Positions 17,401-26,567 of a stretch of DNA of 64,000 nucleotides are shown here, in pieces. The position numbers were made by a program, and so were the translations under genes. Positions within the stretch are counted from its first letter, which is position 1. Every line of letters begins with the position of its first letter. The notes below the pieces were generated by a model. It was not told the DNA's origin. It worked only from the letters and a program-made list of their open reading frames with translations, and searched no databases. The DNA is from an uncultured virus (IMG/VR IMGVR_UViG_3300020160_000566) (Duplodnaviria > Heunggongvirae > Uroviricota > Caudoviricetes > Crassvirales), in IMG/VR virus record IMGVR_UViG_3300020160_000566; one strand, 5' to 3'.

Positions 17401-20400
17401 TTTATTTACTGTAGAGAAATTGTCAATAAAAGCCTTTCGCTGATTTCTTACAGCATCCAATAGTGGACTATCCGGTGAATTCTTTCTGATCCTATTTATT
17501 CTGTTCTTAAATGCATTGTCTTGAGCAATAAAATCATCTATTATTTTTTGTGCACTTGTTCCTGAGTCAAACCCTTCTATCTCTTGAATGGCGTGTTGAA
17601 CTTCATGTAATAATGTCCTTACTGTTTGTATTTGATTATTACCAATGTTTACTGTTATTTTTTTAATATCAAGATCTAAATTTCCTTCATTTTCATTTCC
17701 TTGTCCAAAATCAAATCTATAATCATTTAATTCAGGATACATTTTAAGCAATTCATCAGGAAGGACTGCATTTGCAGGAAGATCCATTCCATATTGAATA
17801 GATTCCTCATCTTGTAATTTTTTAACAATACTTACTGTATCTTGAAAAAATGGTAAGTTGTCAACAGTCTCATATCGCCATTTGCCTTCAGCTCCCATCT
17901 CCCATCCTGTCTCAATACGGATTTCTTTAGGAGTTTTACCGGCATCTTTCATTCGTTTGGCAACTTCAAGGTTGTCCATTCGCAAAGTGCTTTTCTCACC
18001 TTGATCTAATTTCTTAGCGCCAACCTCTCCAATTATTTGTTTTCTTACAGCAGCCTCACCTTCTTTTTGTTTACCTACTTCACGAGCTTCAATCTCTTGA
18101 CCCGTCTCAACCTTTCTTGATAGGGTGTTCATAAATTGAATAGCCTCACGGTCTGTCATTTCTTTGAGACCAATAGCTTTAGATAATCTGTTTAAGAATC
18201 GAATGATAATATTCTTGGAAGCAGGAGGTAACTGCTTATAGTTGTCAGCCAATATAGCAAACAACTCAGCTAACTTCTCTTCGTTCTTGATATTCTCATC
18301 ATAGTTGCTCTCAAAATCCTCCAAGTAACTCATAAGCTCAGCAGTACCCTCAGCCTTTTTAAGTGACTTACGAACTGCTCCAATCATTGATCGGGTGAGT
18401 TTTTGTGCATCAAGATCTGTGTTGACTCTTGATAGTATCAAAGCATGGAATACCTCATGAGGTACCGTTCTATTGGTTGCCTTCTCAAGGTTGATGTGTA
18501 TCTGACCTGTCTTTCTATCGTAAAGACCACCTTCTGATAGCCTTCCGTCCATATCTTTTGTAGCCTCAACAAATGCCTCAGGAGTTGCGTGAACAACAAT
18601 CTTAACCTTTGGTAATACTTTAGCAATTGCCTTAGCAGCTCTTGCAACTTGTGCAACAACTTTTTCCTTACCTACATTACGTACTCTCGCTGCAGTAAAG
18701 TCATTCTGCGTAAGCACATTATTCTGCTGAGTAAGGTCATCCAATGACTGCTCAACTTGTGGCACTTCCTGTACCTCAATGGTCTCAATCTTTGCAGTTG
18801 GCTCAGCTTGTACAGTTTCTTGTACAACAGGTTGTACAACTTCAGCTTTCGCTTTAGTTTTTTGCTGATTAAACTGTTCTCTATAATTATTTTGTACTTG
18901 TTCATTTAGCTCTGTGAAGTCTACAGTCATTCCTTCACCAAACATATCACCATAAGCAGGAGCATTTTTAATTATATCTTGTGCATCCTTTTTACTTTTT
19001 GCTTCAACTGTTTCTCCTGTAACTTTATTTACAACTGCCCATTTTGAAGCTTCTTCTCCAAGTTCAAGTCCGTTTCTATTATCAATGATTTCAAAATCAT
19101 CTTCCCATTTCCCTTTACCTTTAGATGTTTTCTCTGTATTCATTTTATATACAAAAGAATTATCTTCTTCAGTGGGTTGAGCTACTTCTTCTTGAGCGAC
19201 TTCTGCTTGAGGCTGCTCTGCTTTAGTTCCTTCAACTTCAACTTCTTCTGTGATAGTTTCTCCGGTAACGACTTGAGGTTCTGTTGCGGGTTTTCCTTCC
19301 TCCATTTCTGTGCCAACTCCGGCTCCTGACTGAACAGGAACCGCATCTGCGCCTTGCTCTTGAACGGCATAACTTAATCCTTTTAATTGTTCGTTAATTT
19401 CTTTTACGCGCTCTGTCTGAGCAGCGACAAGGTTAGGGTCTTTCCCTTCAATTTGTTTCTCAATCTTATTTCTCTCTAATATCAAATTGTAAGCCTCTCT
19501 CTTGCTCTCAACAGGCAATTCACTAGGCATTGAATTTAATATAGATACCGACTTGTTGATAGCATCAATCTGCTCATAGGCCTCAGCCTTTGTAAGTTCT
19601 CCTGATGTAATCTTGGTTTTGATATCTGTTTGAATAAGCGATCTTAAATTTGGATCGTTGATTACTTTTTCAAAAAAGTCAAACTCTTTTTCTCCTTTAT
19701 TAAAGCCGCTTGTTAATGATTCTATAGCAGTCCCTCCCGCTCCCATAATGGCACCACCTAAAGCTCCGTAATAGAACTCTTCACCCGCAGCAGATAATGC
19801 CTTATCAAAGCCCTCTTTTGTAGTGATATCAGGAACATTTTGGAATACATCCTTATCGGCAACTATATTGTTATATATATTTTTCATTGTATACTCAGTC
19901 AATGACTGAGTTCCTTCAGTAGTACCTTCAACCAATGAACCGCCTACAATATTGAGTCCTGCTCTAGCCATTGTAGCAGTAAGACTGCTCTCAATAGCTT
20001 TTTGCATCACGTCAATAGACGCGTCCTTAGGAACAGATGTAAATGCTCTAGCAATTGTATTGGTTACTAACTTATTAAATAAGGGACTTTTGGCAACATT
20101 CTTTGAAATATTAAATCCTAATTTGTCAAGCTGACCAATGACTAGACCATAAGGTACAGACATTAATTTCTTCTCCATTTGAGTCAGCCCATCAAACTCA
20201 GGTGAGTTCATTTCCTCCTCAATAGCATTATATGATTGTGAAAAGAAAGCGATTGATTGAAGTGCCTTGTTACCACCTGCAGAAAAAGCAGTACCTATAC
20301 TTTCAGATAAAAAACCTGCAACTTTTTCAAGGTCGTTTCTATCTCCTGATTGTACATATTCTTCAGTAGTTCCAAAGCTAACTAAATCGTCTACTGCTTT

Positions 20401-21786
20401 TAATGCATCTTTGACAACTCCTTTACGAAGCTGCTTTGCAGCGTAGTCTTTTATTTGAGCATCAGTCATTCCTGCTGCCTTCAATCTTACTTGTTGCACT
20501 TCAGGTATCATTGCTTCAGAAGGAAGAATCATTGGTACTACATCAGCAGCAGTAGTGATGAGCATTTTACTTGGATTAAGTAAACCACCAAAGAATGATC
20601 CTGAAACAAGTCCTGCTAGATTACCTTCTTTTTCTTTTTTCTGAAAGTATACTGCTGCCGCTTGTGGAAGCTTAGCAGTTATATCTTTCATCTCCTCATA
20701 CTTCTGAGTATTGGCTGTAACTTGGTTTTGTAAGTTTGCAGCCCTACCTTTTATCATTCGCTCAGTCTCCTCGTTAAAAACACCGGAGTCTTGATATGCT
20801 TTAATTTCTTGCTCTAATAACTGTTGCTCTCTCTTGATACTTTTTCCTTCAGTAACCAATCCAATGTATTGCTTGTCAATCCACTTCTCTGTATCGTATT
20901 GATTCAAGAAGCTCTCACCATATTTTTGTGGATTGGTAACAGCTAACTTTACAAGCTGACCGTAATCTTTTACGTCTTCATTTAGGAATTCTTTCTCTGA
21001 CTTTTTTAAGAAAGCTTGGTTCATGAAATCAGATATTTCCTTTTGAGCATTTTTAGCTTCTTCCTCGTTAAAGCCACCTATACTTAGTGCACGCTCAGTA
21101 GGTAGTTGAACTACCTTCTCATTGACGACTGTTCCAAGTCCATCATTTAATGTGCTCTTTATTACAATAGAATTTCCTGATTCTCCTGTAACTCCTTTTT
21201 CAAAAACAAAACCACTCCCTTTAAACTTATTGTTTAAATAATCAACAGTGCTTTCTTTACCCTTACCAAAAACATTTGGGTCAATATCTGATATCTTGGA
21301 GTAAAGCTCAAATTCTTTCTTACCAAAATCTTCGGCCATCATTTTATTGGCCTCATCTGTAGTTAATACATCAACCGTCTGCTCAGTAGCATTAGGAACA
21401 AAAGTATTAGCAACAACAGTTTTAGTTTGTTTAGGCTGTGTTTTTGCGTTTTGAACCTGATCTATATAGTCGTCAGTTCTGACTTTCTTTTGTGAAATAG
21501 GCTCTTCAGTAACGCCTTCAAATCTTCGAGAAGAAGAACCCGATGTAGGTTTTCCCGATTTGGAAGCCAATTCGGTAGACTCTTTTTTTTTTACAGGTTC
21601 TTGGCCGCCCCAAGCAGTATTAAATGTATTGTAGTCAGTTGTATTAAATAGACCTTTTTGTACACCTAGGTCATACAACTTTTGTCTTTGGTCATCACTT
21701 GCCGATGCAAATGTATTGAAGTCGGTAGTACTTATAATACCCTTCTGCTTATACAAATCGTATAACTGTTGTAGCTTATCATTCAT
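14410..21786 (-). CDS. giant polyvalent / putative ejected virion protein with LPD23-like domain and two zincin (HExxH) metallopeptidase-like domains
   Basis: 2458 aa; VPHEVFH; AKRM...IRIETGW...GKWRYE (LPD23-like); LLHEVQHAIQEIEGF...GEIEARNV; last gene of the structural operon. Confidence 0.75.
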   Translation of the reverse strand: MNDKLQQLYDLYKQKGIISTTDFNTFASASDDQRQKLYDLGVQKGLFNTTDYNTFNTAWGGQEPVKKKESTELASKSGKPTSGSSSRRFEGVTEEPISQKKVRTDDYIDQVQNAKTQPKQTKTVVANTFVPNATEQTVDVLTTDEANKMMAEDFGKKEFELYSKISDIDPNVFGKGKESTVDYLNNKFKGSGFVFEKGVTGESGNSIVIKSTLNDGLGTVVNEKVVQLPTERALSIGGFNEEEAKNAQKEISDFMNQAFLKKSEKEFLNEDVKDYGQLVKLAVTNPQKYGESFLNQYDTEKWIDKQYIGLVTEGKSIKREQQLLEQEIKAYQDSGVFNEETERMIKGRAANLQNQVTANTQKYEEMKDITAKLPQAAAVYFQKKEKEGNLAGLVSGSFFGGLLNPSKMLITTAADVVPMILPSEAMIPEVQQVRLKAAGMTDAQIKDYAAKQLRKGVVKDALKAVDDLVSFGTTEEYVQSGDRNDLEKVAGFLSESIGTAFSAGGNKALQSIAFFSQSYNAIEEEMNSPEFDGLTQMEKKLMSVPYGLVIGQLDKLGFNISKNVAKSPLFNKLVTNTIARAFTSVPKDASIDVMQKAIESSLTATMARAGLNIVGGSLVEGTTEGTQSLTEYTMKNIYNNIVADKDVFQNVPDITTKEGFDKALSAAGEEFYYGALGGAIMGAGGTAIESLTSGFNKGEKEFDFFEKVINDPNLRSLIQTDIKTKITSGELTKAEAYEQIDAINKSVSILNSMPSELPVESKREAYNLILERNKIEKQIEGKDPNLVAAQTERVKEINEQLKGLSYAVQEQGADAVPVQSGAGVGTEMEEGKPATEPQVVTGETITEEVEVEGTKAEQPQAEVAQEEVAQPTEEDNSFVYKMNTEKTSKGKGKWEDDFEIIDNRNGLELGEEASKWAVVNKVTGETVEAKSKKDAQDIIKNAPAYGDMFGEGMTVDFTELNEQVQNNYREQFNQQKTKAKAEVVQPVVQETVQAEPTAKIETIEVQEVPQVEQSLDDLTQQNNVLTQNDFTAARVRNVGKEKVVAQVARAAKAIAKVLPKVKIVVHATPEAFVEATKDMDGRLSEGGLYDRKTGQIHINLEKATNRTVPHEVFHALILSRVNTDLDAQKLTRSMIGAVRKSLKKAEGTAELMSYLEDFESNYDENIKNEEKLAELFAILADNYKQLPPASKNIIIRFLNRLSKAIGLKEMTDREAIQFMNTLSRKVETGQEIEAREVGKQKEGEAAVRKQIIGEVGAKKLDQGEKSTLRMDNLEVAKRMKDAGKTPKEIRIETGWEMGAEGKWRYETVDNLPFFQDTVSIVKKLQDEESIQYGMDLPANAVLPDELLKMYPELNDYRFDFGQGNENEGNLDLDIKKITVNIGNNQIQTVRTLLHEVQHAIQEIEGFDSGTSAQKIIDDFIAQDNAFKNRINRIRKNSPDSPLLDAVRNQRKAFIDNFSTVNKNNEKILNGFNLYMRKAGEIEARNVEARMNMTADERRNTLLTETEDVKDRQIIETAPRKFAVRKQKTTSPDKIVDSGTKAGKTDAEIRQEGKAAGFTNKEMTEALSKYYTKEQKVFMKSGVKGLVGRFVDGARRFKQQFLTSKGLLPKIGFTYKEKMEGEISAEANRAAKTAKKFGVLFDKFTGDKELLKDAFDKALRGDKSIQLPAGFAGLANEMRNHIDRLSQMLIATGAVEGDMADAIRENMGTYITRSYEIFDNKNFRQKVGEQELQAAKNFLRTQPGMIALAQSEAARTGTTVDEALDVLVDNKIDEYFADAETGALVKGSKLGSKDLSTLKERKEIPEQIRMLMGEYSDPAMNYARTVLNIASLAARHKFLTQVKEAGMGKFFFEKNDSQRPKGFDTEIAAEGSDTMSPLNGLMTTPEIAEAFGLYNGQQGEESWVQKGIKIYYKAMGLVKWLKTIASVSTHMKNVISNFGFVGVNGHSLIEIGKAANVVLQDLKTMSKPEIEAKIDEYIKAGIMRQGAGINEIRDMFKDADMDNFLERRLSLRKPNKGVVGKIKQAISSRGSKIISLAEDLYQAEDDMFKIAAYETEMNRYADALYNKSKDQLTDKQKEEVSDIAANNVKNTYPTYSRIPEGIKRLRRFPLFIGSFISFQAESYRTAYNTIALAKDELSSDNKKIKTIAARRIAGAGAYLTAKTALLSYAGYAAGTGLSGVLGALFNDDDEEKKEKDVRSFLPPWSKNSDLIILKAADGEIEYIDFSASDPHGGINKALNAFFNGEDMLDSFKQSTLELVGQFQGPDILTNLAIQLKGNENDFGKPIYNEEDSFAEKTDKILDYVYKVVEPGTITSARKAAFSEQSLGQLAFGEATGLKIRKSDVKEQFGYKLAEFDESFKDIRKIYNSEYYKNERLLEDSKATNKDINEQQKKTDDAYVRANEQYAAKAKELMDLINSANRLGVDYDELIDQLESIKSTMGKSNIYEMEDGGTEFIKEK
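19182..19370 (-). CDS. candidate nested (overprinted) small basic protein inside the polyvalent gene
   Basis: MPFKSKAQMRFLFSQEPELAQKW... in an alternative frame over a low-complexity linker. Confidence 0.45.
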   Translation of the reverse strand: MPFKSKAQMRFLFSQEPELAQKWRKENPQQNLKSLPEKLSQKKLKLKELKQSSLKQKSLKKK

Positions 21787-21820
21787 AACGTAAAGTTACT
21801 ATTTTTTAAGAATATTATTC

Positions 21821-23467
21821 CTAGAATATGGCATCCCCTGCTGCGGGAGTATTAGATTTTTGAGTTGATGTAGAACTACCTGAACCTCTTCTAGCTGTTC
21901 TAGCCTCTTCTGTATATGTGGAAGGACTGTACAATTCATCAAGTGTCATAGTTCTGTCTTCCTCATTATAAGTTCCAAATAATGTAAAGTCATGAACAGA
22001 CTCAAATCCTCTTTTACCTAATTCGTATATTGATTGGGCGTCTTTAGCATTAATTCCTGCTAAGTATGAAGCCAAGTCATTGGCATTTGTTACAGGTTTG
22101 AACTTAGCATTATTTCTTTTTTGTTGATCATTTTGTGGATTTTTGGTATATGGTACTTTTCTTCCCTTCTCAGAATTAGTAGCAACATACATTACGTTTT
22201 TCCCATCTTTTGACTTACTAAAATAAAAAGAGTAATTGTCAGTATCTAATGCACCAATATTACCTGTACGCATTGCATTGTTTGCTTTCTCGTAGTATGA
22301 TACATTTTTTCTCTCATCAGCACCTAAAGAAACTTTAGTCTTATTTTCATATTGTCTGTATGGGTCAAACTGAATAGAAGGCTCTGCTTGTAGATCAGTC
22401 TTTGTCTGTTGGTCTACAGCATTACGCGTTTGCACACGAAGGAAGTCACTAGCTGCTTTTGTTTGAGACTCAGTAAACTTAGGACGAATCATTCCTGACC
22501 CATCGTCCTCAAGTAAAATATACTTAGGATTGCTTCCTGCTAATTTAGCATCAAATGTAGGCTCATAGAAGTCATTCGTTCCCGGAACCTTATCAACTGC
22601 GTCTGTCAATAAACCAAGTTGGTTAAATGGATTGGCTAACTCAGCCTTAATCATACCGCTCTCCCATTCTTGATAAGCAGTCAGTGTCTTCTTGTCTTCA
22701 TCGCTAAGTCTAGTTCTTAACGTAGGGTCAGTCATCTCATCGATGCGAAGCATACGATACGCACCTTTTAGTTTTGTTACGCTCGTTTTTAATACATCAC
22801 CCAATGCCTCAACTTGACCATCAACAGCTGCGACATAATTATACTTGTCGAGCTTGACATTCATTCTATTTCTTAACTGATTGACGCTCATGTAGTTATC
22901 AGGATTTTCATCCATCATCATAACTTCTTTGCCGTCATCACCAACTTTCTTCACCATCTTAGCAATGCTCACCTGACCATTGGTAGGGTTGATGTACGCC
23001 TTGGTATTAGTAAAGTTACTAAGACCTTCAATTTGCTCCATAAGCCAAGCCTCAGTCTCCTGTGATTGGCCGAGCTCATATCGCTCCATCAATTCCTTGG
23101 CTTTATCTTGGTATTCTTTTGATACCTCAAACATTTGCTTTGTGCTATCTCCTAAGTTCTGTCTTTGAACTGTGTAGTCACGAACACTTAGTCGACCACT
23201 CTTGAGCAATCTATCCTGCATTAGACGAGCTTGTGCTGCGTCATTAGCAAAGTCTAATGTCCATTCATTGGCAGCCTTAAAGTCACCTGTAGGAGCGTTG
23301 GATAACACCTCACCGTATTGGCGAGACGCCTCGTCAATTGCAGCTTTCTTTTCTTCACGGATTGATGCCTCAGTGTTGAGCATATCCGTTACATTCTTCC
23401 CTACCTCAGCCCAATTAATTTGTGACTCAGCACTGCGTTCCGCAAACTTATAGTATGTCTTAGCCAT
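21821..23467 (-). CDS. putative internal virion / ejection protein
   Basis: 548-aa helical protein just upstream of the giant gene; podovirus synteny. Confidence 0.55.
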   Translation of the reverse strand: MAKTYYKFAERSAESQINWAEVGKNVTDMLNTEASIREEKKAAIDEASRQYGEVLSNAPTGDFKAANEWTLDFANDAAQARLMQDRLLKSGRLSVRDYTVQRQNLGDSTKQMFEVSKEYQDKAKELMERYELGQSQETEAWLMEQIEGLSNFTNTKAYINPTNGQVSIAKMVKKVGDDGKEVMMMDENPDNYMSVNQLRNRMNVKLDKYNYVAAVDGQVEALGDVLKTSVTKLKGAYRMLRIDEMTDPTLRTRLSDEDKKTLTAYQEWESGMIKAELANPFNQLGLLTDAVDKVPGTNDFYEPTFDAKLAGSNPKYILLEDDGSGMIRPKFTESQTKAASDFLRVQTRNAVDQQTKTDLQAEPSIQFDPYRQYENKTKVSLGADERKNVSYYEKANNAMRTGNIGALDTDNYSFYFSKSKDGKNVMYVATNSEKGRKVPYTKNPQNDQQKRNNAKFKPVTNANDLASYLAGINAKDAQSIYELGKRGFESVHDFTLFGTYNEEDRTMTLDELYSPSTYTEEARTARRGSGSSTSTQKSNTPAAGDAIF

Positions 23468-23470
23468 ATC

Positions 23471-24397
23471 TTAGAATTGGAATGGGTTAAATTGATTAGC
23501 TGATGCAGCTTCATTGTATAATTGACCGAACTGCTTGTTTCCAAATAACATTCTATATTGGTCTTTTGTCAATGATTTTACAAATGCCCTATACTCAGGC
23601 TTTGAAAACTGACTAATTGCATCAAGGTCTAAGTTTGTAAAAGATCCTCCTCCTTTATTTTCAAAGCTTGATGCTGCAAGTGGAAGTACTGCGCTTTCGG
23701 CAGCATTCAAAGGACCCATTTGTGGAGATGAAACAGGTTGACCTGCCGTACCTAATCCTTCAAAATTTACATTGCCGATTTTTTGCATTTGCTCAGGAGT
23801 TAATTCAAGTCCTCCAAATGCAGCCTGTTCAGACTTTATGTCAGTACCATACAATGGCGCAAGTTTAGCTGCTTGACCAAGCATACTTGTTACACCTGAA
23901 ATAGCATTCTTAGCTGCTTGCTGTGCACGCTCTTCGTACATTGCTGATGCCTGTTGTGCACCCTCAGCTTCATCTAAAGCTAATTGAGCCTTAATGTCTC
24001 TGAGTCTTGAGTCCTCAGCAGCTGATAGCTTCTCAAGGTCCATCATCTCTTGCCCTTGACGTGTTTGAATGTCTCTAATTGCATCTGAGTATCCGGCATA
24101 AACACGACCTGCTACCGCAGCAGCGCCACGCTCGCTTTCACGACCTGCCTCAATTGACTGTGCACCAACAGATGCCAATGCCTCACGCTCTAACTCGTAT
24201 GGTTTCATTTGAATACCAAGTTGGTCGTAGACATTTACTTCTAAGAATTTATCAGCTTCTTGTCTGAATTTTAAAGCATCAGCGTCAGACTCCTTTTGGA
24301 GCTTTCTCATTTTGCGCATATCTCCAATTGAGAAGGCTGTGGTTAAGGCTGTTGATACAGCGCCACCTATTGCTGCTATTGCTGCGAATCCTAACAT
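23471..24397 (-). CDS. putative internal virion / ejection protein
   Basis: Ala/Gly hydrophobic N-terminus, A/Q-rich helices. Confidence 0.55.
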   Translation of the reverse strand: MLGFAAIAAIGGAVSTALTTAFSIGDMRKMRKLQKESDADALKFRQEADKFLEVNVYDQLGIQMKPYELEREALASVGAQSIEAGRESERGAAAVAGRVYAGYSDAIRDIQTRQGQEMMDLEKLSAAEDSRLRDIKAQLALDEAEGAQQASAMYEERAQQAAKNAISGVTSMLGQAAKLAPLYGTDIKSEQAAFGGLELTPEQMQKIGNVNFEGLGTAGQPVSSPQMGPLNAAESAVLPLAASSFENKGGGSFTNLDLDAISQFSKPEYRAFVKSLTKDQYRMLFGNKQFGQLYNEAASANQFNPFQF

Positions 24398-24434
24398 TTC
24401 AATTATTTTTTTATATTATACAAAGATAAGTTTT

Positions 24435-25247
24435 TTAAGGGAAACTCTTCATAACCTCTGATTCAACGGCAAATAGCTCAACTTTTGCCGTATTGTCGTT
24501 TTCTAAAGTAAACAAACAGTAGTGCCCTAACACGCCATGAGATTCAGCCACAGAGTTCTTAATGTATAAGAAATAAGCATTCTGTATGCCCGGTATAGAG
24601 CCGCCTGTAACTGTGGTGTCTACAACAAAGTAGTTGTCATTTGCAGGATAGTTCTGAACAATATCAACAATCTCACCACATAATACAGGCGTACTAAAGC
24701 TAGGTGGCAAAGCATAGTAAAGGTAGTCGCCTACACTAGCTATGCTACCAATCTGTATCAATGGGTTTATTGAGAAACCAATCTCAACGTTAGCGCCAGT
24801 ACCTGTGACACTTAAGCTTCGTCCTACACCATTCAATGATCTCAATGCATACTCATCAACTCCCGCAGGTACATCTCCTGAGTTTCTAATAAATGCAAAG
24901 TATACTTGCTCTTTCTTTTGAAACCACTCTTCTTGAATGAATCCGCTGTTTTGAATGTCAGTCTCAATTGGAGTAGCCTCCCACGTATCATCACCTTGCA
25001 AAGCAAGTGTCTTAAATAACTTGTTTTCTAGCGGAACATTATTAAATACGCTAGTTATTTTTGAGTTGTACTGAACGCCATAGAAATTATTTCTAAGCGC
25101 ATTTACATTATGTCGGTATAGGTTACCACCTTTAAACGTGTAAAAGTAGTTGTTCATACCAATCATCCAATCAGGCATGAAAGAGTAAAATGATGGCCAT
25201 CCATCAAATGTTTCGCTATATGTTAGTGTATATTCCATATTTAACAA
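24435..25247 (-). CDS. tail-associated structural protein
   Basis: TLTYSE...GWPSFYSF pattern like the C-terminal part of podoviral stabilization/nozzle proteins. Confidence 0.55.
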   Translation of the reverse strand: MLNMEYTLTYSETFDGWPSFYSFMPDWMIGMNNYFYTFKGGNLYRHNVNALRNNFYGVQYNSKITSVFNNVPLENKLFKTLALQGDDTWEATPIETDIQNSGFIQEEWFQKKEQVYFAFIRNSGDVPAGVDEYALRSLNGVGRSLSVTGTGANVEIGFSINPLIQIGSIASVGDYLYYALPPSFSTPVLCGEIVDIVQNYPANDNYFVVDTTVTGGSIPGIQNAYFLYIKNSVAESHGVLGHYCLFTLENDNTAKVELFAVESEVMKSFP

Positions 25248-26557
25248 CTACATGAATCAAGTGTTACAATTACTCCCGCAGGAGATCCCGGTACTGAAAC
25301 GCTTCCGGTTCTAGCGCAAATATAAGCAATTGTGTATGCAGCTACCGCTTGTGTCTGTGGAGCTCCTGCGCAATTGTTATAACTTACAGTTACTGAAGAA
25401 GCAGTCATATTGTCAACGCTATAGTTCTGACATATGTCAGCACAAGCTTCATAAGCAGTAATGCTATCAATGGTTACTGTTGCTGTAATAAATGTCTCTG
25501 ATATCACATTGAATACACATCCTGCGTAAGATGGGTAAGACACTGTAACGAAGTCACCTACTTGAACACCAACTACATCTGAGTTTGCAACTATTGTCAA
25601 ACCATCTCCGCAACGCTCAATAATATATGCATTGTATTGACATTCTCCCATTTGAATAATAATTCCACTTTGTACCAAAAACCAATTGTATGAACTAGGT
25701 AACATAGTAGGCGCGTGGTAATAACCATCAGTTGCTACAACTTCACCATTAGGATCCAAGAATACCCAATCAAATAGACCAAGCGTTGTGCCATTTCCAT
25801 TGACAGGGTAGTTATAGTAAATCAGATCATCCGGATACTCACATACTGAGTCAGCAGTTGGTCTAACTTGACTAGTATAAGTTGGGAATAAAGGTGTAGG
25901 GCACGATACGTTTAAATCAATACCACTTGGATTACAAGGAGAGAATACTGTAATGTTCAGTGTAGATGGATTGATAAGTGGTTTAGGTATAACCATAATG
26001 CAATTGCCCGGTGCATTTATAGATGTTTGAATCTGAGTTGGCAATGCACTAATTGAAGATGTTGTCCCATTGTATACGTATGTAGATGTTGATGGATCCC
26101 AATCATAGTTATTTAAAGTATGTGGGCTATTCGCTACAATACCACAGTCGCCGTCTTCATCGCCAACATAAACAGGAAGTCCTGATGGAGCTGTTAGAAG
26201 CCCGTAGACGGGAGAACTGAACGTATTATATGTAATACCATCATAAGAAGCAATAAAGCCCTTAGGCACAGACAAAGAGTTAAATGACACTATTATAGCA
26301 CCTGTATCTCCAATGTCATTTCCTAAATCAACTTCAATGTTAAATACACCATCTCCTACGATATATCCATTAAAGTCAAATCCGCATGTAGACCCGCATG
26401 ATGGGCAGGGCTTTGCTGACCCCAAAACGCAGGACGTTTGAACTCTTGTAATTGTACCATCAGAGTACACTCCATTTGGAGCGCAAACAGTAAGCGCCGC
26501 GTTAGTATATACTGCGGTCGCTTGAGCTAGTGTTGGTGCGTCTAAGTAATATGGCAT
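25241..26557 (-). CDS. Cys-rich beta-structured virion protein
   Basis: CPSCGSTC and many Cys; within the tail module. Confidence 0.55.
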   Translation of the reverse strand: MPYYLDAPTLAQATAVYTNAALTVCAPNGVYSDGTITRVQTSCVLGSAKPCPSCGSTCGFDFNGYIVGDGVFNIEVDLGNDIGDTGAIIVSFNSLSVPKGFIASYDGITYNTFSSPVYGLLTAPSGLPVYVGDEDGDCGIVANSPHTLNNYDWDPSTSTYVYNGTTSSISALPTQIQTSINAPGNCIMVIPKPLINPSTLNITVFSPCNPSGIDLNVSCPTPLFPTYTSQVRPTADSVCEYPDDLIYYNYPVNGNGTTLGLFDWVFLDPNGEVVATDGYYHAPTMLPSSYNWFLVQSGIIIQMGECQYNAYIIERCGDGLTIVANSDVVGVQVGDFVTVSYPSYAGCVFNVISETFITATVTIDSITAYEACADICQNYSVDNMTASSVTVSYNNCAGAPQTQAVAAYTIAYICARTGSVSVPGSPAGVIVTLDSCSC

Positions 26558-26567
26558 AATAATTTAT

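Noticed and set aside
15074..20134. Other short ORFs overlapping the giant gene (e.g. 15074..15289, 16331..16543, 18672..18905)
   Set aside because: Antisense or frame-shadow ORFs with no recognisable motif; expected by chance, unlike 19182..19370
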